A stretch of 64,000 nucleotides of DNA from an uncultured Sutterella sp. (GCA_905202595.1 CAJKSP010000002.1:13870-77869), one strand, 5' to 3'; shown: positions 8,733 through 18,208, counted from the stretch's first letter. A program made the numbers and translations. Notes: a model not told the origin generated them from the sequence alone.

Positions 8733-9770
8733 ATGAAGACTTTCTCCAAGCGCATTGCCTCACTGCAGCCGGCTGCGCCGGCGCTTGCCGCCGCGCTTTC
8801 CGCGCTGCTGCTTTCGGCGCCGCTCTCGGCGGCGGACGCGCCCTCTCCGGAGGCGGCGGCCGAAGAGGCTCAGCGCGTGCTCGAGGACGACAGCTTCTTT
8901 CGCGAATGGGGGCAGGAAGGCCGCATCAAGGACGGCAAAGATGCCGCTCAGGCCCTCGATCTCGCCGACAAGGCGCTCGCGCGCGTCAAGGCGGCTGAGA
9001 AGAACATGCGCCGCTACTGCCTCTCGAAGTTTCTCGTCAATGCCTGCATTCGCGATGCGCGAGAAAAGTCGATTGACCGCGAGCGCGAAATCCGCCGCGT
9101 GATCGTTGCGGCCCAGGAAGTCGAGCGCATGGAGCGCACGCGCGAGATTACGGAAAAGCGCGAGGCTCAGGCGAACGAGCCGCCGAAGGCGCCCCTGCAG
9201 ATCAAGCCGCGGCAGGTGAAGACCGACCGGTCTGAGCCGATCAATGTGGCGCCGAAGACGCCGAGAGCGCCTTCGGAGCCTGTGAACGTTGCTCCGAAGA
9301 CGCCCCGCGAGCCCTCGGCGCCTGTCAATTGGAAGGCCAAGGAAGCGAAGGAGCCTTCGCCGCCGGTCGACTGGAAGGCCAAGGAAGTGAAGGCGCCGTC
9401 TGCGCCGACGAACTGGGAGGCAAAGTCGCCGAAGGCGCCTTCAGAGCCTGCAGGCTTGAAGCCCAAGACGCCCGGCGGGCCTGCCGAGCCGCAGAAGCTG
9501 CCTGGCGCGGAGAATGCGGCCGATGCCGCCCTCTCGCCTGAAGAGGCCCGCGCCGCCCAGGAGGCGGCCAATGAGGCGTACTACGCCGAGAAGCAGCGCG
9601 CTTACGAAGAGCGCGAGCGCGAGCGCGACGAGCGCGCCGCCAAGCGCAAGAAGGAGCGCGAGGAAAAGCAGGCGAATTTTGAAAAGAGCCTCAAGGAGCG
9701 CGGCGAAGCGCAGAAGCGCTATGAAGAGCGGCAGCAGAACCGCGACTCCGGCTTGTCGAAGTACTTTTAA
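8733..9770 (+). CDS. secreted hypothetical protein with K/P-rich imperfect tandem repeats and a charged coiled-coil tail
   Basis: Signal peptide MKTFSKRIASLQPAAPALAAALSALLLSAPLSAADA. Central repeats (VAPKTPRAPSEPVN / WKAKEAKEPSPPVD / WKAKEVKAPSAPTN / WEAKSPKAPSEP) come from about 33-42-nt nucleotide repeats at about 9229-9480. The C-terminus is highly E/R/K-rich. Confidence 0.7.
   Translation: MKTFSKRIASLQPAAPALAAALSALLLSAPLSAADAPSPEAAAEEAQRVLEDDSFFREWGQEGRIKDGKDAAQALDLADKALARVKAAEKNMRRYCLSKFLVNACIRDAREKSIDREREIRRVIVAAQEVERMERTREITEKREAQANEPPKAPLQIKPRQVKTDRSEPINVAPKTPRAPSEPVNVAPKTPREPSAPVNWKAKEAKEPSPPVDWKAKEVKAPSAPTNWEAKSPKAPSEPAGLKPKTPGGPAEPQKLPGAENAADAALSPEEARAAQEAANEAYYAEKQRAYEERERERDERAAKRKKEREEKQANFEKSLKERGEAQKRYEERQQNRDSGLSKYF
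9229..9480 (+). repeat. imperfect in-frame tandem repeats (about 33-42 nt units) within the secreted-protein gene
   Basis: Recurring ...gtg aac gtt gct ccg aag acg ccc cgc gag ccc tcg gcg cct gtc aat tgg aag gcc aag gaa... units, visible at both the DNA and protein level. Confidence 0.55.
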
Positions 9771-9878
9771 GCCGCCGCACGCGCGGCGGCAGTCTGAGTC
9801 TGCCGCGCATCCGATCTTTCCGTTCCCATTCTGCGTTTCCGCGCCGGCCCGCCCCGTCTGCCGGCGCGCCGCTTTTTC
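9771..9878 (+). terminator. two GC-rich hairpins downstream of repeat-protein gene, second followed by T5 (probable intrinsic terminator)
   Basis: GCCGCCGC-acgc-GCGGCGGC at 9771-9790, then CGGCGCGCCG palindrome at 9862-9871 followed by CTTTTTC. The next gene's RBS AAGGAGG follows. Confidence 0.4.
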
Positions 9879-9895
9879 AAGGAGGCCGAGCTTTC

Positions 9896-11992
9896 ATGGC
9901 GCAAGAGGCTCCACAGCTCGTTCGCGACCCGCTTCTTTTTGACGACTCGATTCCGCTCGTCGAGCGCGTGCGCCGCGCTTTCGGCGAATCCGGCGCGATT
10001 GCGCGCTCGAATGCGCACTTCCGGCGGCGCGACGGCCAGACGGCCTTCGCTGAAGCCGTTGCGCAGGCGCTCGAGTCGAAGGGCACGCTGGTGGCGGAAG
10101 CGGGCACCGGCACGGGCAAGACCTTCGCCTACCTCACGCCCGCTCTCCTTTCCGGCGCGACCGTCATCATCTCGACGGCCGGCAAGCCGCTGCAGGACCA
10201 GCTTTTCGAGAAGGACATTCCGCAGCTCTCCCGCGCGCTCGGCGTGCATGTGCCGACGGCCGTCCTCAAGGGGCGCGCCAACTACATCTGCCTCTACCGC
10301 CTCGAGCAGACGGAGACCGAGGGGTGGCTGCCTGAAAAGGACAGCTTTGAGAAGCTGCGCCGCATACGGCGCTTTGCCGATTCGTCGGCGACGGGCGACC
10401 GCGCCGAGCTCTCCGGCATCCCGGAGGACGATCCGCTCTGGCCGATGGTGACGAGCACGCGCGAGAGCTGCCTCGGCAGCGAGCGCTGCCCGTACTGGCA
10501 GCAGTGCTTCGTGCGCGCGGCGCGCGAAAAGGCGCTCGCGAGCCAGATCGTCGTCGTCAACCATCACCTGTACCTGAGCTCGCTCGCAGTGAAGGCCAGT
10601 GCGGGCACGGCAATCGAAGGGCTGCTGCCGGCGGCCTCCCTCACTGTGATCGACGAAGCGCATCAGCTGCCGGCGATCGCTTCGGACTTCTTCGGCACGA
10701 GCTTTTCAACCTATCAGCTCGACGACATCGCGTCCGAGGCCCGCGCGATCGGCATGAGCCGCGTGCGCGACGGCGCGAAGTGGGACGAGCTCTACACGGC
10801 TGTTCAGAAGACGGCCTACGACCTCAATCTGGCGCTGCGCGGCCTCGGACTGACAGAAGGCGAGCGCCGTGCCGTCGGCACGATCGAACGCTTCGGCGAC
10901 ATCGGTCCGGCGCTTGCCGCCGCCGTGAACGCCTTCAGGCTTCTCGTGCAGGCGCTGCAGGCCAACAAGGACCGCGACGACGAGCTCGACGCGCTGCGCG
11001 AATATGCCGAAGAGGTGGCTGACGAAGTGGCCGCCTGGGCGCCCGTTGCGGCGGAATTCGCCAAGCGCGCTGAAGCGGGCGAGCCGCCGCCGGAAGATCC
11101 CCATGGATTCGTGCGCTGGGTGTCGATTCTGAAGCTCGGCGTGCGCTTCTGCCGCACGCCGCTCTCCTTTGCCGACGACTTCCGCAAGATGCGCGAAGCC
11201 GAAGGCGGCGCCTGGGTCTTTACGTCGGCGACGCTCTCGGCAGGCGGCAAGTTCTCGCACTTCTTCGCCGAAATCGGCCTCTCGGAAAGCGAAGCGAAGG
11301 CGTTTTCGTGGCCGAGCCCCTTCAACTACTGGGAGCAGGGGTGCTTCTATCTGCCGCAGCTGCCGGCGCCCTCAGGCAACGCCGCCGAGCATGCCGAGCG
11401 CGTGGTCGAAGCGGCCTGGCCGCTCGTCAACGCCGCGGGCGGCCGCACGTTCTTTCTCTGCACGTCGCTTGCGGCCGTGGCAAGCGCTGCGGCGGCGCTG
11501 CGCGAGCGGCTCGATGCGAACGGGCTCTCCTATCCGCTGCTCGTGCAGGGCGACATGCCGAAAGCGGCGCTCATTGAAGAGTTCCGCCGGCTCGGCAACG
11601 CCATTCTCGTGGGCTCGATGAGCTTCTGGGAAGGCGTCGACGTGCGGGGCGACGCGCTGTCGCTCGTCGTGATCGACAAGCTCCCTTTCAGTCCGCCTGA
11701 CGATCCGGTGGCGGCGGCGCGCTGCAATGCGATTCGGGAGCGGGGCGGCAATCCCTTCATGGCCTATACGCTTCCGGAAGCGATCATTTCGCTCAAGCAG
11801 GGCGCAGGCCGCCTCATCCGCTCGGAGACGGACCGCGGCGTCTTCATGCTCTGCGACTCCCGAGCGGTGGAAAAGCGCTACGGGCCCCTCGTGCTGAAGA
11901 GCCTGCCGGACTTCTTCCGCACGAGGCGCATCGAAAAGGCCCTGCAGTTCTTTTCCAATCCCGAGGCGTACCTCGAGGGGCTTTACCGCTGA
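9896..11992 (+). CDS. ATP-dependent DNA helicase, DinG/YoaA (Rad3/XPD-like, DEAD_2 + helicase C_2) family
   Basis: 698-aa ORF. Walker A AEAGTGTGKTFAYL, DEAH-like VIDEAHQL, an FeS-type Cys cluster region (C..C..C) and C-terminal helicase motifs (VGSMSFWEGVD..., QGAGRLIR). Confidence 0.85.
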   Translation: MAQEAPQLVRDPLLFDDSIPLVERVRRAFGESGAIARSNAHFRRRDGQTAFAEAVAQALESKGTLVAEAGTGTGKTFAYLTPALLSGATVIISTAGKPLQDQLFEKDIPQLSRALGVHVPTAVLKGRANYICLYRLEQTETEGWLPEKDSFEKLRRIRRFADSSATGDRAELSGIPEDDPLWPMVTSTRESCLGSERCPYWQQCFVRAAREKALASQIVVVNHHLYLSSLAVKASAGTAIEGLLPAASLTVIDEAHQLPAIASDFFGTSFSTYQLDDIASEARAIGMSRVRDGAKWDELYTAVQKTAYDLNLALRGLGLTEGERRAVGTIERFGDIGPALAAAVNAFRLLVQALQANKDRDDELDALREYAEEVADEVAAWAPVAAEFAKRAEAGEPPPEDPHGFVRWVSILKLGVRFCRTPLSFADDFRKMREAEGGAWVFTSATLSAGGKFSHFFAEIGLSESEAKAFSWPSPFNYWEQGCFYLPQLPAPSGNAAEHAERVVEAAWPLVNAAGGRTFFLCTSLAAVASAAAALRERLDANGLSYPLLVQGDMPKAALIEEFRRLGNAILVGSMSFWEGVDVRGDALSLVVIDKLPFSPPDDPVAAARCNAIRERGGNPFMAYTLPEAIISLKQGAGRLIRSETDRGVFMLCDSRAVEKRYGPLVLKSLPDFFRTRRIEKALQFFSNPEAYLEGLYR

Positions 11993-11995
11993 GAA

Positions 11996-13480
11996 TCAGC
12001 GGCGCCGCAGCACGCCCACGCATTCGATGTGGCAGGCGCCCGGAAACATGTCGACTGGCTGCACGCGCTCGAGCGCGAAGCCGAGTGCTTCGAGGCGCGC
12101 CGCATCCCGCGCAAAGGCTTCGGGTCCGCAGGCGACGTAGGCGGCGGCTTCGATCGGGAGCGCTGCGAGCGCTTCAAGCGCCGCTTCGCCGAGGCCCTTG
12201 AAGGCCGGGTCGAGGATCGCCTTGGTCGGCAGCGGCCAGGACTGCGGCCGCTCGCCGCCGAAGGCCTCTTCAAGGGCCGCGTGCGCGTCGGGCGCTGCCG
12301 CCTCGCCGCGGCTCAGCGCGAGGAGCGCCGGCAGCGCCGCTTCAGCGGGCGAGGCGGCAAAGAAAGCGTTGCGAATGCCGTTTCGCGCGGCATTTCGCCG
12401 GGCGCAGGCGACCGCCTGCGGCACGGATTCAATGCCGATCGCCGCCGCGGCATGCCGGGCGCCCAAAAGCGTCATGGTGCCGACGCCGCAGCAGAGGTCG
12501 AGGAGCACGTCGCCGGGGCCGAGATCAATCGCGTCGAGCGCCGTCCGGTAGAGGACGGGCGTCTGCACGGCGTTCACCTGCAGGAACGCGTCCGGGGACA
12601 CTTCAAAGACGAGGCTGCCGATCCAGGCGTCGATCGCAGGCTTCCCGGCAAGAAGCTGCATGGCGCCGGGCGCAAAGGAGAGGACGGCATTGCCCGGCTC
12701 GGGGTGAATATTGAGGGCGAGGCTCGCGAGGCCGAGGGGCGCCGCCGCGCGCCGGATGGCCTCTTTTACGGCGGCTTCCGGCGCCTCGCGAAGCACGAAG
12801 CAGGCGAGGCGCTCGCCCGGCCCGCCGTCTTCGGTTGTGCCCTCGCGCAGCAGCAGCGCGCGAAGGCTCCCCTGCTGCGAGGCCTCGTCGTAGGGCGTCA
12901 GCATGCCGCTCGCGAGAAGCGATTCGGCCGCGCGGACGGTGTCGGCCATCCAGGCCGGCGCGAGCGGGCAGTCTTCGACGGGAACGACCTCATGGCTTCG
13001 GGTGCGGAAGAAGCCGAGGCGGCTGCTGCCGTCTTGGGCGGGATAGAGAACGGCCTTGTTGCGAAAGCGCGTGCGGCGCTCGGCCGGCTGTCCGATCGGC
13101 TCGCAGAGAAGGCCGGGCCGCAGAAGGCCGCGGCGCTCGAGCGCCTCTTCAAGGAGCGTCTTGGCCTTGAGGCGAAGTTCGGCTTCATAGGCGAGGCCCG
13201 CAAAGGGACAGCCGCCGCAGATGCCGGCGAGCGCGCACCGCGTCGAGTCGGCGTAAGGCGAGGGCGACGCTTCTTCAAAGCTTTCTGCGAGTCCCTGGCG
13301 TCCGCCGGGAAGGGGCTTGCGGTAGCGAAGCGCGCCTCGGGCGCCCGGAAGCGCGCCGGGCACGACGACGGCGAGGCCGTCGATCACGGCGATGCCGGCG
13401 CCCGAGGGCGCCAGGCGCTCGATGAGCGCATCGGAGACGAAGAGGACGGGGCGTTCAGAAGAGGAAGAGGGCTTCGGCAT
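11996..13480 (-). CDS. rlmD: 23S rRNA (uracil-5-)-methyltransferase RlmD/RumA-like (TRAM + 4Fe-4S Cys cluster + SAM MTase)
   Basis: 494-aa ORF. N-terminal TRAM-like region, Cys cluster C..GICGGC, the SAM motif LDLCCGVGTMTL, and a C-terminal catalytic region ..PVDMFP..HIECV. Confidence 0.8.
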   Translation of the reverse strand: MPKPSSSSERPVLFVSDALIERLAPSGAGIAVIDGLAVVVPGALPGARGALRYRKPLPGGRQGLAESFEEASPSPYADSTRCALAGICGGCPFAGLAYEAELRLKAKTLLEEALERRGLLRPGLLCEPIGQPAERRTRFRNKAVLYPAQDGSSRLGFFRTRSHEVVPVEDCPLAPAWMADTVRAAESLLASGMLTPYDEASQQGSLRALLLREGTTEDGGPGERLACFVLREAPEAAVKEAIRRAAAPLGLASLALNIHPEPGNAVLSFAPGAMQLLAGKPAIDAWIGSLVFEVSPDAFLQVNAVQTPVLYRTALDAIDLGPGDVLLDLCCGVGTMTLLGARHAAAAIGIESVPQAVACARRNAARNGIRNAFFAASPAEAALPALLALSRGEAAAPDAHAALEEAFGGERPQSWPLPTKAILDPAFKGLGEAALEALAALPIEAAAYVACGPEAFARDAARLEALGFALERVQPVDMFPGACHIECVGVLRRR

Positions 13481-13603
13481 GGGGAGGAACGAGAGGAAAG
13501 AGGCTTCGCGGCGAGGCGGCAGGCTCAGACAAGCGAAGCGGCGCCGGAGCGCTCGGGCTCAGACGCCGCCTGACGGTCATGGAGCGCCGGATGGCGGGAT
13601 GCG

Positions 13604-14428
13604 TCAGAGGAAGAGCTCCGGCGCCTTGGGCGCGGCGTTGGCGGCCGCGATCTTCTCCAGCATGGCTTCGAGCCGGCTCCGAACGGGCTCCGGGAAGTCG
13701 CGCGCCTGATCGGGGCAGGCCGTGATGCAGGCCCGGCAGGCGAGGCATTCTTCGGGACTCGTCACGATGAAGGTCTGCGGATCGATGATGCCGGCCGGGC
13801 ACTTCTCGGCGCACGAGCCGCAGCGGCAGCATTCCTGCGGGTCGGGCATCGGCACGGCCGGCACGCTCCCGCCAGGGCGGTAGGGGCCTTCGCCCGGAAA
13901 GGGCTTTTGAAGCGAAGTGAGCGCTTCCGTCGTCTCGGCGCTGAGGATCTTTTCAATCACGGCATTCACAAAGCGCTTCATGACGAGCTCGTCCTGGTCG
14001 CTCGGCCGGCCGGCGGCGAGCTTCGGATAGACGCTGTGCCGGGCGACGAAGGCGGCGCCCGCGGCCACGGCAAAGCCCGCCGCGCGCATCAGGTCGCCCG
14101 CTTCGCGCAGGGCGTCTTCATAGGCGCGGTTGCCGAAGACCGTCACGGGAATGCCGACGGCGCGGCTTTCCGGACGGCTCGAGAGGAAATGCCGGCCGAA
14201 GTCTTCGGCCACAAGCGTCGGCACGCGGCCGTAGTAGCAGGGCGAGGCGAAGAAGACGGCGTCGCCCTCGCCGAAGGCATGCGCTCGGGCGTGCGATTCC
14301 GGCAGCGTCAGGTCGAGCTCTTCAAGAAAGAGTCCGGTGCCGCGCGCTGCGGCGAGCATCCGCCGCATGACCCGGCGCGTGCCGCCCGTGGGGGAGAAAT
14401 AGGCGAAGAAAAGTCGCTCAAGCTTCAT
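13604..14428 (-). CDS. flavodoxin-like domain fused to 4Fe-4S dicluster ferredoxin domain (EFR1-family-like)
   Basis: The N-terminus KLERLFFAYFSPTGGTRRV has a flavodoxin-like fold. The C-terminus carries two CxxCxxCxxxCP motifs (CCRCGSCAEKCP, CLACRACITACP). Confidence 0.75.
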   Translation of the reverse strand: MKLERLFFAYFSPTGGTRRVMRRMLAAARGTGLFLEELDLTLPESHARAHAFGEGDAVFFASPCYYGRVPTLVAEDFGRHFLSSRPESRAVGIPVTVFGNRAYEDALREAGDLMRAAGFAVAAGAAFVARHSVYPKLAAGRPSDQDELVMKRFVNAVIEKILSAETTEALTSLQKPFPGEGPYRPGGSVPAVPMPDPQECCRCGSCAEKCPAGIIDPQTFIVTSPEECLACRACITACPDQARDFPEPVRSRLEAMLEKIAAANAAPKAPELFL

Positions 14429-14470
14429 GATCGCTTCCGTGATGGGGGAAAAGAGGGGACGGCATTCGCG

Positions 14471-14920
14471 CTAGAGGCCGAGAATGGCCTCGACATGCTC
14501 GCCCGCAGGGAGCATGGCGTCGTGCGCTTCGAGCCACGCTTTGAGCGCAGGGAGCGCCGCCTCGCCGCGGGCGCGGACCGCGTCGGGCGGCAGCGGCGAT
14601 TCCGGCCGCACGAAGGCGCTTCGCCCGAAGCAGTCGAAGAGATCGACGCCCTGATAGACCGCGACGTCGGCTTCGCTCGCCGTCGTCGAGAGAATGGGGC
14701 CGGGAACGAGCGGGTCGACCGTGCGGATCTGATGATCGAGAAGAATGGCGCCGAGGAGCTCGAGCGGATCGGTCGTGAAGCGCTGTCCCGGATCCTCGGG
14801 GCTTCCTTTGAGCCAGTAGTAGTGCCACCCGCGCGTGCTGCGGTGCAGCGTGCGCAGGCTCTGCACGTAATCCGTGGTGCTGATGAGGAAGTAGGTTTGT
14901 TCGGCGAGCGGGTTGGACAT
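14471..14920 (-). CDS. hypothetical protein (149 aa, soluble)
   Basis: The track ORF 14471..15400 is a composite. The plausible protein starts at the internal MSNPLAEQTYFLISTTDYVQSLRTLHRSTRGWHYYWLKG..., and the upstream 160 codons overlap the real gene 14961..15392 in another frame. I recognise no family. Confidence 0.5.
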   Translation of the reverse strand: MSNPLAEQTYFLISTTDYVQSLRTLHRSTRGWHYYWLKGSPEDPGQRFTTDPLELLGAILLDHQIRTVDPLVPGPILSTTASEADVAVYQGVDLFDCFGRSAFVRPESPLPPDAVRARGEAALPALKAWLEAHDAMLPAGEHVEAILGL

Positions 14921-14960
14921 GACGGAGAAGAAAGCCGGGGTCGATGGGGTCGGAAGGGCT

Positions 14961-15392
14961 TTACGCCGGCAGGAGCACGTTGATCGTTTCAGCCGCCATG
15001 ACGATGATGGCGATGAGGCCGATGCGCCGCAGGAGCGCGCCGCCCGCTGCATCAATGAAGGCTGAGCGCTTTTCGAAGTGCAGCGTCTCGGAAGCCTTTC
15101 GCAGGTGCCGCCAGGCGAGGGCGAAGGCAAGAAGCGCGAGCGCCGCCAGAATGAGGACGGCGTCGCAGAAGCCGGCGACAAGCGCCGCCCAGAGGGGCTC
15201 CCGGCCGGAGAAGAGGCCGGCGCCCAAAGAAGCGGCGAGAATGACGGCGCTCGCCGCGAGCCAGAGCGCGCGGTGCGCTCGCCATTCGTACCGGAGAAGG
15301 CCGGCGTAGGCGGCGTCGCCCGTCTGCGCGGGCGCGCCGGGGGGCTCCGCAGAGCCGAATGCTTCGCTGTTTTCCATAGTGAAGTCAAGCAT
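14961..15392 (-). CDS. small integral membrane protein (3 predicted TM helices), immediately downstream of the NSS transporter array
   Basis: 143-aa ORF with hydrophobic stretches ALWLAASAVILAASLGAGLF, LWAALVAGFCDAVLILAALALLAFALAW and LLRRIGLIAIIVMAAETINVLL. A 42-nt gap separates it from NSS-A. Confidence 0.6.
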   Translation of the reverse strand: MLDFTMENSEAFGSAEPPGAPAQTGDAAYAGLLRYEWRAHRALWLAASAVILAASLGAGLFSGREPLWAALVAGFCDAVLILAALALLAFALAWRHLRKASETLHFEKRSAFIDAAGGALLRRIGLIAIIVMAAETINVLLPA

Positions 15393-15434
15393 AGCGCCAT
15401 CGGGCGCTGTCGGATGCCCCCGGCAGGATTTGCG

Positions 15435-16775
15435 TCAGAAAAGACCGCCGGCCGCCACGATGAGAACGAAGACGGGCGAGACGATGCCGATCAGGATGCG
15501 CATCGTGCGCAGCTGGGCCTCGCTCAGCGGCTTGGCGCTCTCGAGCTCGCGCTTCGTCGCCGGCCAGGCCGCCCAGGCGGCGGCGAGCGCGATGCCGAAG
15601 GTCGAGGTCGGCATGCCGATGTTGGAGGTGATGAAGTCGAGAAAGTCGAAGAGGTTCTTGCCGAAGATCTTGGCGTCCGCCCACGGTCCGAAGGAGAGGT
15701 TGGCCGCGCAGGCGACGACGGCGCTGCCGGCGAGAACGAGCAGGATGGCTTTGGTGCGGGAGAGCGAAAGCTGCTGCGTGATGAGAACCGTGCACGCTTC
15801 AAGCATGGAGACGGAAGACGTGATCGCGGCGACGACGAGGCAGAGGTAGAAGCAGACGGCGAAGATCTCGCCGAAGGGCATCTGCGCGAAGATGGCCGGC
15901 ATCGTCACGAAGGTGAGGCCGGGGCCTGCCGTGGGATCGAGATGGAAGGCGAAGACGGCCGGCATCACCATGAGGCCGCCGAGAATCGACGAGAGGATGG
16001 CGAGAAAGGCGATCCAGCCGACGGACGAGGGCAGGTTGGCCTTCGGGTCGAGGTACGAGCCGTAGGTGATCATCGTTCCCGCGCCGAGCGAGAGCGAGAA
16101 GAAGCAGAAGCCCATGGCGTTGAAGAGCGCCGTGCCGTTGAAGTCTTCCCAGCGGGGCGCAAAGAGGTACTCGACGCCCGTCCAGCCGCCGGGAAGCGTC
16201 ACGCCGCGGATGATGAGCGCCACCATGAGGAGGAAGAGCAGCGGCATGAGCACCTTGGAGAGCTTCTCAATGCCCGAGGCGACGCCCTTGAAGACCACGA
16301 GTCCCGTCAGAACGAGGAAGGCGGCGAGGTAGATGAAGGAGAGCGTGCTGTCGGAGACGAAGCTGCCGAAGTAGGCGTTGAGCTTGCCCGCATCGGCGAT
16401 GATGCCCCTGCCGAAAATGGCGTCGACGGCGTACTTGAGGCACCAGCCGCCCACGACCGAATAAAACGAGAGAATCAGAAAGACGGTGAAGACGCCGATG
16501 CCGCCGAAGAGGCCCCAAGGCTTGCCGCAGACGGCATTGAGGCTGCCGACGGCGCCTCGCCGCCCGGCGCGGCCCATGGCGAATTCAGCCGTGAGGAGCG
16601 CAATGCCGACGGTGAGCGTGAAGAAGATGTAGGGCAGCATGAAGACGGCGCCGCCGTTCGTGCCTGCCATGTAGGGGAACTTCCAGATGGCGCCGAGGCC
16701 GACGGCAGAGCCGGCGGAGGCGAGGATGAAGCCGAGGCGGGAGCCCCAGCCGGAGGAACGCGAATTCTGAGACAT
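15435..16775 (-). CDS. sodium-dependent transporter, NSS/SNF (neurotransmitter:sodium symporter) family, paralog A
   Basis: 446 aa. RLGFILASAGSAVGLGAIWKFPYMAGTNGGAVF is the NSS TM1 signature. The ORF is full length (about 12 TM). Confidence 0.9.
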   Translation of the reverse strand: MSQNSRSSGWGSRLGFILASAGSAVGLGAIWKFPYMAGTNGGAVFMLPYIFFTLTVGIALLTAEFAMGRAGRRGAVGSLNAVCGKPWGLFGGIGVFTVFLILSFYSVVGGWCLKYAVDAIFGRGIIADAGKLNAYFGSFVSDSTLSFIYLAAFLVLTGLVVFKGVASGIEKLSKVLMPLLFLLMVALIIRGVTLPGGWTGVEYLFAPRWEDFNGTALFNAMGFCFFSLSLGAGTMITYGSYLDPKANLPSSVGWIAFLAILSSILGGLMVMPAVFAFHLDPTAGPGLTFVTMPAIFAQMPFGEIFAVCFYLCLVVAAITSSVSMLEACTVLITQQLSLSRTKAILLVLAGSAVVACAANLSFGPWADAKIFGKNLFDFLDFITSNIGMPTSTFGIALAAAWAAWPATKRELESAKPLSEAQLRTMRILIGIVSPVFVLIVAAGGLF

Positions 16776-16827
16776 GTAGGAAAAGCTGACGAAGGGTTTG
16801 AGTGTTGAATGAGGGTTGTCTGCCGCT

Positions 16828-18192
16828 TCAGAAGAGGCCCAGGCCTCGGGCCGCCACGAGAAGGATGACGGCAGGCGCGGCGACGCAGAGAATGAAGCGG
16901 AAGGCTTTGAGCGCGCTCTTCGGCCAATTTGCGTTGCGGCAGAGCTCCGCCGCAGCGGCGGGCCATGCCTTCACGCCCGCCACCCAGGCGATGCCGAGGC
17001 AGCCGAGCGGCATGCCGATGTTCGAGGTGGCGAAGTCGAGGAGCTCGAAGAGCGTCATGCCGAAGAGCTTCGCATCGGCAAGCGGCCCGAAGGAGAGCGC
17101 GCAGAGAATGCCGAGCAGGCCCAGAAAGGTCGAGACGCCGAGAACGGCCGAGCGCTTGGAGAGGCCGTGCTCGTCGACCCAGTACTGCGAGCTCATCTCC
17201 AGAATGGAAATCGCGCTTGTGAGCGCGGCGACGAAGAGGCACGCATAGAAGGCGACGGCGAAGGCGCCGCCGAAGGGCAGGTGGGCGAAGACCGCAGGCA
17301 TCGTTGCGAAGGTGAGGCCGGGGCCGGCATCGGGCGAGAGGCCGAAAGCGAAGACGGCGGGCATCACCATGAGGCCGCCGAGAATGGACGAGAGCACGGC
17401 GAGGAAGACGATCCAGGCGGTCGAGGCGCCGATGTTCACCTTGCTAGAGAGGTAGCTGCCGTAGTTCATCATCGAGCCGGAGCCGACTGAGAGCGAAAAG
17501 AAGGCGAAGCCGAGCGCATTCAGCAGCGCCTCGGCCGTAAAGGCGTCCGGATTGGGTTCGAAGAGGAAGGCGAGTCCGGCCGATGCGCCCGGCAGCGTCA
17601 GCCCCCGCGCGATGAGGAGGAGCATGAGCAGAAAGAGGAGCGGCATGAGGATCTTGCTCATGCGCTCGATGCCGCGCTCGATGCCGAAGAGGACGACCGC
17701 TGCGGTAGCGGCAAGAAATGCCGCGTGGCTCAGCGAGGGCGAGAGGCCCGATGAGGCGAAGGCTGAGAAGGCGTCCTTGAGCGCTGTCGGGTCGTCGGCC
17801 GCGCCGCCGCCCGTGAGCGCCTCGGCGAAATAGTGGAGGCACCAGCCGCCGACAACGGAATAAAAGCCCAGGATGAGCGTGCCGGTGAGAACGGAGATGA
17901 GGCCGAGGGGCGCCGCAGAGCGGCCGCCGAGGAGCCGGAAGGCTTTGGCGGCGCCGCCCTTGGCTGCGCGGCCCATGCACATTTCGGCGATGAGGACCGT
18001 GAGGCCGAGGCCGGCCGAGAAGACGATGTAGGGCAGCAGAAAGACGGCGCCGCCGCTGCTGCCTGCCATGTAGGGGAACTTCCAGATGGCGCCGAGGCCG
18101 ACGGCAGAGCCGGCGGAGGCGAGGATGAAGCCGAGGCGCGAGGACCAGGCGGCGCGTTCAGGGGCGGCAGTGGGGGAGCTGTCGTCGGGCAT
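16828..18192 (-). CDS. sodium-dependent transporter, NSS/SNF family, paralog B
   Basis: 454 aa with RLGFILASAGSAVGLGAIWKFPYMAGSSGGAVFLLPY. It is about 45-55% identical by eye to paralogs A, C and D. Confidence 0.9.
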   Translation of the reverse strand: MPDDSSPTAAPERAAWSSRLGFILASAGSAVGLGAIWKFPYMAGSSGGAVFLLPYIVFSAGLGLTVLIAEMCMGRAAKGGAAKAFRLLGGRSAAPLGLISVLTGTLILGFYSVVGGWCLHYFAEALTGGGAADDPTALKDAFSAFASSGLSPSLSHAAFLAATAAVVLFGIERGIERMSKILMPLLFLLMLLLIARGLTLPGASAGLAFLFEPNPDAFTAEALLNALGFAFFSLSVGSGSMMNYGSYLSSKVNIGASTAWIVFLAVLSSILGGLMVMPAVFAFGLSPDAGPGLTFATMPAVFAHLPFGGAFAVAFYACLFVAALTSAISILEMSSQYWVDEHGLSKRSAVLGVSTFLGLLGILCALSFGPLADAKLFGMTLFELLDFATSNIGMPLGCLGIAWVAGVKAWPAAAAELCRNANWPKSALKAFRFILCVAAPAVILLVAARGLGLF

Positions 18193-18208
18193 GGCAGAAG
18201 GAGCGAGG

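Noticed and set aside
14881-14941. Apparent frame inconsistency when hand-indexing around 14880-14940 against the ORF track. A similar inconsistency appears near 16829.
   Set aside because: It is most likely my character-level misreading of the displayed sequence by one position, so no frameshift or pseudogene is claimed. The track shows the ORFs intact.
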